This document shows, piece after piece, positions 27,399 through 32,000 of a DNA stretch of 32,000 bases. Position 1 is the stretch's first letter. Each line of letters begins with the position of its first letter. Origin of the DNA: Desulfotalea psychrophila LSv54. GTDB lineage: Bacteria > Desulfobacterota > Desulfobulbia > Desulfobulbales > Desulfocapsaceae. The position numbers and the translations under genes are program-made. The stretch lies in assembly GCF_000025945.1 (NCBI RefSeq), contig NC_006138.1, positions 2,010,001 through 2,042,000 of the forward strand, given 5' to 3'. The notes under the pieces are model-generated. The model did not search any database, was not told the DNA's origin, and saw only the letters and a program-made list of their open reading frames with translations.

Positions 27399-28167
27399 TA
27401 TTCGAGTGGCAAAACCCTTTTATTCAGCCTTGATTCTTGCCTTTGTCTGTTCGGCCCTGGTGGCTGCGGCAGCCGTTGGCCTGCGTCCCCTGCAGGAGGA
27501 GAATAAAAAAAATGATCAGCAAAAAAACGTTCTCTATGCAGCCGGCATATACGATAAAACCAAGTCCGTTGACCAAATGTTTACGGCAGTCACTCCCCGT
27601 CTTGTCGACTTGAAAACAGGGGCCTATATTGCCAGCGATGTTATGACCCCGGAGGAGTACAATCAGGATGAGGCCAGAAGCAATGAGAGGACAAGCAGGC
27701 TCCTGCCTTCTGATGAGGATATTGCCAGATTGAATAGACAGGAAAACATTTCCCTGGTTTATCTGGTGAAAAAAGAGGGGGTACTCAGTCAGATCATCCT
27801 GCCCGTACGGGGTAAGGGGCTGTGGTCAACCATGTTTGCCTATGTGGCAATCAGTTCTGATCTTAATACCATTACCGGGGTCTCATTTTACCAGCACGGG
27901 GAGACTCCCGGCCTTGGTGGTGAGATAACCAATCCACGTTGGTTGGCAAAATGGCAGGGGAAAAAAATCTATGACCAAGAGGGGGCTACGGTCTTTCGCA
28001 TTGCCAAGGGCAGGGCTCAGGGTAAAAATATTGCCTATCGGGTAGACGGACTTTCCGGGGCGACATTTACTGCCCGGGGTGTCAGTGATCTTATGCTCTT
28101 TTGGTTTGGCAATGATGGCTTCAAACCCTATTTGAGCCGATTGGAGAGGGAGAAATATAATGGCTGA
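27391..28167 (+). CDS. nqrC: Na+-translocating NADH:quinone reductase subunit C
   Basis: 258 aa; N-terminal [13 protein letters not shown] covalent FMN motif, GLGGEI, nqr synteny. Confidence 0.96.
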   Translation: MFDIRVAKPFYSALILAFVCSALVAAAAVGLRPLQEENKKNDQQKNVLYAAGIYDKTKSVDQMFTAVTPRLVDLKTGAYIASDVMTPEEYNQDEARSNERTSRLLPSDEDIARLNRQENISLVYLVKKEGVLSQIILPVRGKGLWSTMFAYVAISSDLNTITGVSFYQHGETPGLGGEITNPRWLAKWQGKKIYDQEGATVFRIAKGRAQGKNIAYRVDGLSGATFTARGVSDLMLFWFGNDGFKPYLSRLEREKYNG

Positions 28168-28783
28168 TACTAATAGAGAACTGCTACTACGCTCCATTTT
28201 TAAGCGTAATCCTATCGCCCTTCTGGTTCTGGGGGTCTGTTCGGCCCTTGCCGTCACCGGGCAGATGACGACGGCTCTTGTCATGGCTGTTTGTGTTACT
28301 CTGGTGGTGGCTTTTTCCAGTCTTATCATAAGTCTGGTCCGTTTTCAAATTCCCAATAGCGTCCGTATTGGCATCCAGATAACCGTTATCGCCACCCTGG
28401 TTATTCTGGTGGATCAGTTTCTTAAGGCATTTTACTATGATCTCTCCAAACAGCTCTCCATCTATGTGGGTCTGATTATTACCAACTGTATTGTTATGGG
28501 CCGGGCCGAGGGCTATGCCATGCATAATCCCCCTATAGCAAGTTTTGTCGATGGTATTGGTAATGGGCTTGGTTATGGATTTATTCTCATGTCCGTGGCA
28601 TTTTTTCGTGAGCTCCTTGGCTCGGGTAGCCTCTTCGGGATCACTGTCTTACCACTCACCACCGACGGTGGCTGGTATCAGAGAAATGGTTTATTGGTGC
28701 TACCGGCCAGTGCCTTTTTTCTTATTGCCCTGCTGATCTGGTTGTTTAGAACCATTGATCCCAGCCAACAGGAGAAAGAGTAA
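28160..28783 (+). CDS. nqrD: Na+-translocating NADH:quinone reductase subunit D
   Basis: 207 aa; [39 protein letters not shown], nqr synteny. Confidence 0.96.
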   Translation: MADTNRELLLRSIFKRNPIALLVLGVCSALAVTGQMTTALVMAVCVTLVVAFSSLIISLVRFQIPNSVRIGIQITVIATLVILVDQFLKAFYYDLSKQLSIYVGLIITNCIVMGRAEGYAMHNPPIASFVDGIGNGLGYGFILMSVAFFRELLGSGSLFGITVLPLTTDGGWYQRNGLLVLPASAFFLIALLIWLFRTIDPSQQEKE

Positions 28784-29391
28784 TGGCCCACTATCTTGAT
28801 ATTATCGTCCGCGCTATATTCATAGAGAACCTGCCTCTTAGTTTTTTTCTGGGTATGTGTACCTTTCTTGCCATCTCTAAGCAGGTGAAGACAGCCATGG
28901 GGCTGGGCTTTGCCGTCTTGGTTCTGCAGATTATAACCGTGCCCATTAACAATCTCCTGCTTACCCATGTTCTCAAGCCGGGGGCCCTGGCATGGCTTGG
29001 TCAGCCCGATCTTGACCTGCGCTTTCTTGGTTTGCTCACCTATATCTCTATTATTGCCGCCGTGGTGCAGGTACTGGAAATGGTCCTGGACCGTTTTATC
29101 CCCGCCCTTTACAACAGTCTTGGTATTTTTCTGCCCTTGCTCACCGTCAACTGTGCAATTTTGGGAGCAAGCCTCTTTATGGTGGAGAGAAACTATACTT
29201 TTGCCGAGAGTGCGGCCTATGGTGTCGGGGCCGGGGGAGGTTTTTTTCTGGCCGTGGTCTGTCTTGCCGGCATTCGGGAACGTCTTGAATATGCCAATCC
29301 TCCTGCTGGTCTGAAGGGGCTGGGCTTGACCTTTATTACTACAGGGCTCATTGCCATCGCCTTTATGGGCTTTGCCGGTATGGAAATATAA
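28783..29391 (+). CDS. nqrE: Na+-translocating NADH:quinone reductase subunit E
   Basis: 202 aa; [55 protein letters not shown]-like C-terminus. Confidence 0.96.
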   Translation: MAHYLDIIVRAIFIENLPLSFFLGMCTFLAISKQVKTAMGLGFAVLVLQIITVPINNLLLTHVLKPGALAWLGQPDLDLRFLGLLTYISIIAAVVQVLEMVLDRFIPALYNSLGIFLPLLTVNCAILGASLFMVERNYTFAESAAYGVGAGGGFFLAVVCLAGIRERLEYANPPAGLKGLGLTFITTGLIAIAFMGFAGMEI

Positions 29392-29411
29392 TAGCTGAAA
29401 GGTGTCTGCTT

Positions 29412-30632
29412 ATGAATGAAGTCTATTTTGCCATCCTCTGCTTCGTTGCCATTCAATTCATCCTGGTCGCACTCATTGTCCTGGCTAAAAAAACACTTTT
29501 GCCAAGTGGTGAGGTGCAAATAACCATTAACGAGACTAAGGAGTGTCGCGTTCCGGCTGGCGGTAAGCTCCTGACCAGCCTTGCCGACAATGGTATTATC
29601 CTCTCCTCGGCCTGTGGTGGGGCAGGAAGCTGTGGCCAGTGCCGGTGCATTGTAACCGAGGGCGGAGGTAGTATTTTTCTTACCGAGCGTTCGCTGATCA
29701 ATAACCGAGATGCCAATCGGGGTATGCGTCTCTCCTGTCAGGTGCCTGTTAAGAGGTCCATGCGGATCCTTGTCCCGCCTGAAATGCTTGAGGCGAAAAA
29801 GTGGCGCTGTAGGGTGGCATCGAACAGAAATGTGGCCACCTTTATTAAAGAAATGGTCCTTCAGCTTCCAGAGGGTGAGAGTGTTGACTTTAAGGCCGGT
29901 GGCTATATTCAGATTGAAATTCCTGCCCATAGCCTTGCCTATAAAGATTTTGATATTGATGAGCGTTTTCTGTCGGATTGGACAAAGTTTAAGATGTTTC
30001 AGTATAAGTCTCTGGTCGCAACTCCTGTCACCCGGGCCTATTCCATGGCCAACTATCCTGGGGAAAAGGGGATCATCAAGCTCAACGTCCGAATTGCCAC
30101 GCCCCCTCCCGGTGAGGTGGCCGCGCCTCCGGGTAAGTCATCCTCATATATATTTAATCTTCAGGAGGGGGATGAGGTAACCATCAGTGGCCCCTTTGGC
30201 GATTTTTTTATGGACGATAGTGATTCTGAGGTGCTTCTCATCGGTGGAGGTGCAGGAATGGCTCCACTGCGCAGCCATGTCTTTGATCTCTTTCAGGGCA
30301 AGCATACTGGGCGTAAGGTCTCTTTTTGGTATGGTGGTCGGAGTCTGCAGGAGGTGTTTTATCAGACAGAGTTGAACGCCCTTGCCAATGAATATGATAA
30401 TTTCACATATCATTTGGGGCTTTCTGATCCGCAAGAGGAGGACAACTGGACTGGGGAGGTCGGGTATATCCATCTCATCTTATATGAGAATTATCTCAAG
30501 GATCATCCTGCCCCTGAGGATATCAACTACTATCTCTGTGGTCCGCCAGTAATGAACAGGTCAGTACAGGAGATGCTTGATAATCTGGGTGTTGAGCGGA
30601 CAAATATTCACTTTGATGATTTTGGAGGGTAG
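29412..30632 (+). CDS. nqrF: Na+-translocating NADH:quinone reductase subunit F (2Fe-2S / FAD)
   Basis: 406 aa; 2Fe-2S motif [18 protein letters not shown]-binding [33 protein letters not shown]-terminal DDFGG. Confidence 0.97.
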   Translation: MNEVYFAILCFVAIQFILVALIVLAKKTLLPSGEVQITINETKECRVPAGGKLLTSLADNGIILSSACGGAGSCGQCRCIVTEGGGSIFLTERSLINNRDANRGMRLSCQVPVKRSMRILVPPEMLEAKKWRCRVASNRNVATFIKEMVLQLPEGESVDFKAGGYIQIEIPAHSLAYKDFDIDERFLSDWTKFKMFQYKSLVATPVTRAYSMANYPGEKGIIKLNVRIATPPPGEVAAPPGKSSSYIFNLQEGDEVTISGPFGDFFMDDSDSEVLLIGGGAGMAPLRSHVFDLFQGKHTGRKVSFWYGGRSLQEVFYQTELNALANEYDNFTYHLGLSDPQEEDNWTGEVGYIHLILYENYLKDHPAPEDINYYLCGPPVMNRSVQEMLDNLGVERTNIHFDDFGG

Positions 30633-30806
30633 ATGATGGGGACATTTTTGCTTTTACTGCTCATTACATTTTGTCTCTTTCTCCTAGCGGCGGGCTTAGT
30701 TAATTTTTCTAAGCGCCGCCAGGAAAAGAGCAAGCTCAGCTGTCTCTGTGGTGGGGCGGGGGGCAATCATTGTTCAGACCGGAAAAAGTCGTGCAAGGAG
30801 CTTTAG
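30633..30806 (+). CDS. nqrM: NqrM, small cysteine-rich Na+-NQR maturation protein
   Basis: Not in the ORF track (57 aa). Starts immediately after the nqrF stop (TAGATG): MMGTFLLLLLITFCLFLLAAGLVNFSKRRQEKSKLSCLCGGAGGNHCSDRKKSCKEL; one TM helix followed by a four-Cys tail as in known NqrM, and classic position after nqrF. Confidence 0.85.
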   Translation: MMGTFLLLLLITFCLFLLAAGLVNFSKRRQEKSKLSCLCGGAGGNHCSDRKKSCKEL

Positions 30807-32000
30807 GTGGAGCTACCCGCCCTTTTCTTGCCCTGCTGGAAATGACGATGCTTGGCCAATATTTCCGTTAAGTGTACTACCTTAATCGTTGAACCCGCCG
30901 AGGCAACGGCACTGCGCCACTGCATCAGGCAGCCGGAGCAGGTGGTGGTGATGATATCAGGGTTAAGGGCCAGGACCTTATCTCTCAGATCGTCACGGAT
31001 AGCAGTGGATATTTTCATCGCCGCAAGGGAAAACAGGCCTCCCATGCCACAGCACTGGGGGCCATCTGCCAGTTCCACCAGCTCTATTCCGCTACATTCT
31101 TTGAGTAGCTTACGAGGTTCATCGACGATATTCAGCTCGTTGCGGAAATGACAGGGGTCGTGGTAAAATACCCGTAGATTCTTTTGTTCGTTTACTGCCT
31201 TCTCTTCGCTCTTTTTCTCGTCCTTTTTCAAGGTCTGCAAAAATTCAGTCAGCTCGACACAGCGTCCGCTGATCCGTTTGGCCCGTTCCTGCCATGCCTT
31301 CTCATCTGCGAAAACATTTTCCAGGGAGTGCAGTTGGAAGAAGCAGGAGGCGCAGCTGACCAGAATCGGTCCCTCTGTTTTTTCTAAGGCGATAATGTTT
31401 TTTTCTGCAAGCCTTCTTGCCCCGGCCAGATCTCCAGCAGAAAAGGCACTGAGCCCACAGCAGGAAAGTCCTGTCGGCACCTGAAGACTGTAGCCTAGGG
31501 TGGCAAAGAAACGACGGTGTTTCTCCAGCAGGGCAGGGGTGATATAGCTGGTAGCACAACCGGGAAAGTAAAGCAGTGGCTGGAGATCAGGGTCTGTAGG
31601 CAACGGGCAGGGGGCTGTCGCCTCCGACTCTTTACTGTCTGTCAGATGATCTTCACTTAACATGGCCAGACGCAGGCGTAGGCCACTCTCGGCAGGTAGT
31701 CCTTTGGCTAGTAATCTGTCAAGGTGCAGAGCAATCTTGCGTAGGTGGACAAGCATTTGAGGGCGTTCAAGCGCTTTGCCTGCCAAGTATTTTTTGTAGC
31801 CACCCGGTATTACAGTGATTTCACTACGTACCTGCCGGACATGGGCAAGGGTGTCGATTCCCCGAGGGCATACCTGCGAGCAAGCACCACAGAGCAGGCA
31901 TTTGGAGAATATATCTTTAACGTCGGCGCCCGAGGCATCTTCCCCTATTTTTTGCAGGTGTTGTCGGCCGCGGGAAGAGTAAAATTCTTTGCCACCACTT
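30803..32000 (-). CDS. Fe-S oxidoreductase with ferredoxin-type 4Fe-4S motif and two CCG domains (GlcF/LutA-type), N-terminus beyond window
   Basis: The track ORF starts artificially at a TTG (31786). The same frame is open to the window edge: SGGKEFYSSRGRQHLQKIGEDASGADVKDIFSKCLLCGACSQVCPRGIDTLAHVRQV... then PGCATSY, SCCGLSAF, YHDPCHFRNEL, QCCGMGGLFS. Confidence 0.88.
   Translation of the reverse strand, partial: SGGKEFYSSRGRQHLQKIGEDASGADVKDIFSKCLLCGACSQVCPRGIDTLAHVRQVRSEITVIPGGYKKYLAGKALERPQMLVHLRKIALHLDRLLAKGLPAESGLRLRLAMLSEDHLTDSKESEATAPCPLPTDPDLQPLLYFPGCATSYITPALLEKHRRFFATLGYSLQVPTGLSCCGLSAFSAGDLAGARRLAEKNIIALEKTEGPILVSCASCFFQLHSLENVFADEKAWQERAKRISGRCVELTEFLQTLKKDEKKSEEKAVNEQKNLRVFYHDPCHFRNELNIVDEPRKLLKECSGIELVELADGPQCCGMGGLFSLAAMKISTAIRDDLRDKVLALNPDIITTTCSGCLMQWRSAVASAGSTIKVVHLTEILAKHRHFQQGKKRAGSST

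Noticed and set aside
29217-29930. 237-aa minus-strand ORF over nqrE/nqrF
   Set aside because: Fully antisense to two strong CDSs; composition is a mirror of the nqr coding frames.

Overview
This window looks like an ordinary chromosomal region of a Gram-negative, probably deltaproteobacterial, genome (taxon inferred from gene style, not searched). I found no CRISPR array, prophage, transposon, toxin-antitoxin pair or recognisable defence island. In order it contains: (i) a minus-strand cluster 5'-beta-barrel-like OMP / LolD-like ATPase / two FtsX-MacB-type permeases / LolA-like periplasmic protein-3'; (ii) a 7TM-like membrane protein with a C-terminal Cys motif, a bacteriohemerythrin and an exported EF-hand protein; (iii) a minus-strand signalling cassette of hybrid histidine kinase, CheR, stand-alone CheB and REC-GGDEF; (iv) tRNA-Phe(GAA) with a strong terminator, an acidic zinc-ribbon protein, nadC, valS and dgt; (v) plus-strand tpx, eno and a YfcA/TSUP-type permease gene broken by a single-base frameshift; (vi) a REC-only response regulator sharing the Cys motif; (vii) nqrABCDEF plus a 57-aa nqrM missed by the ORF track, ending tail-to-tail against a partial Fe-S oxidoreductase gene. 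Best leads are the shared C-terminal CxxC...ICPxC module on two different signalling architectures, the Lol-like trans-envelope operon, the kinase/CheR/CheB/GGDEF cassette without CheA or MCP, and the exactly locatable TSUP frameshift. None is demonstrably a new system from sequence alone.
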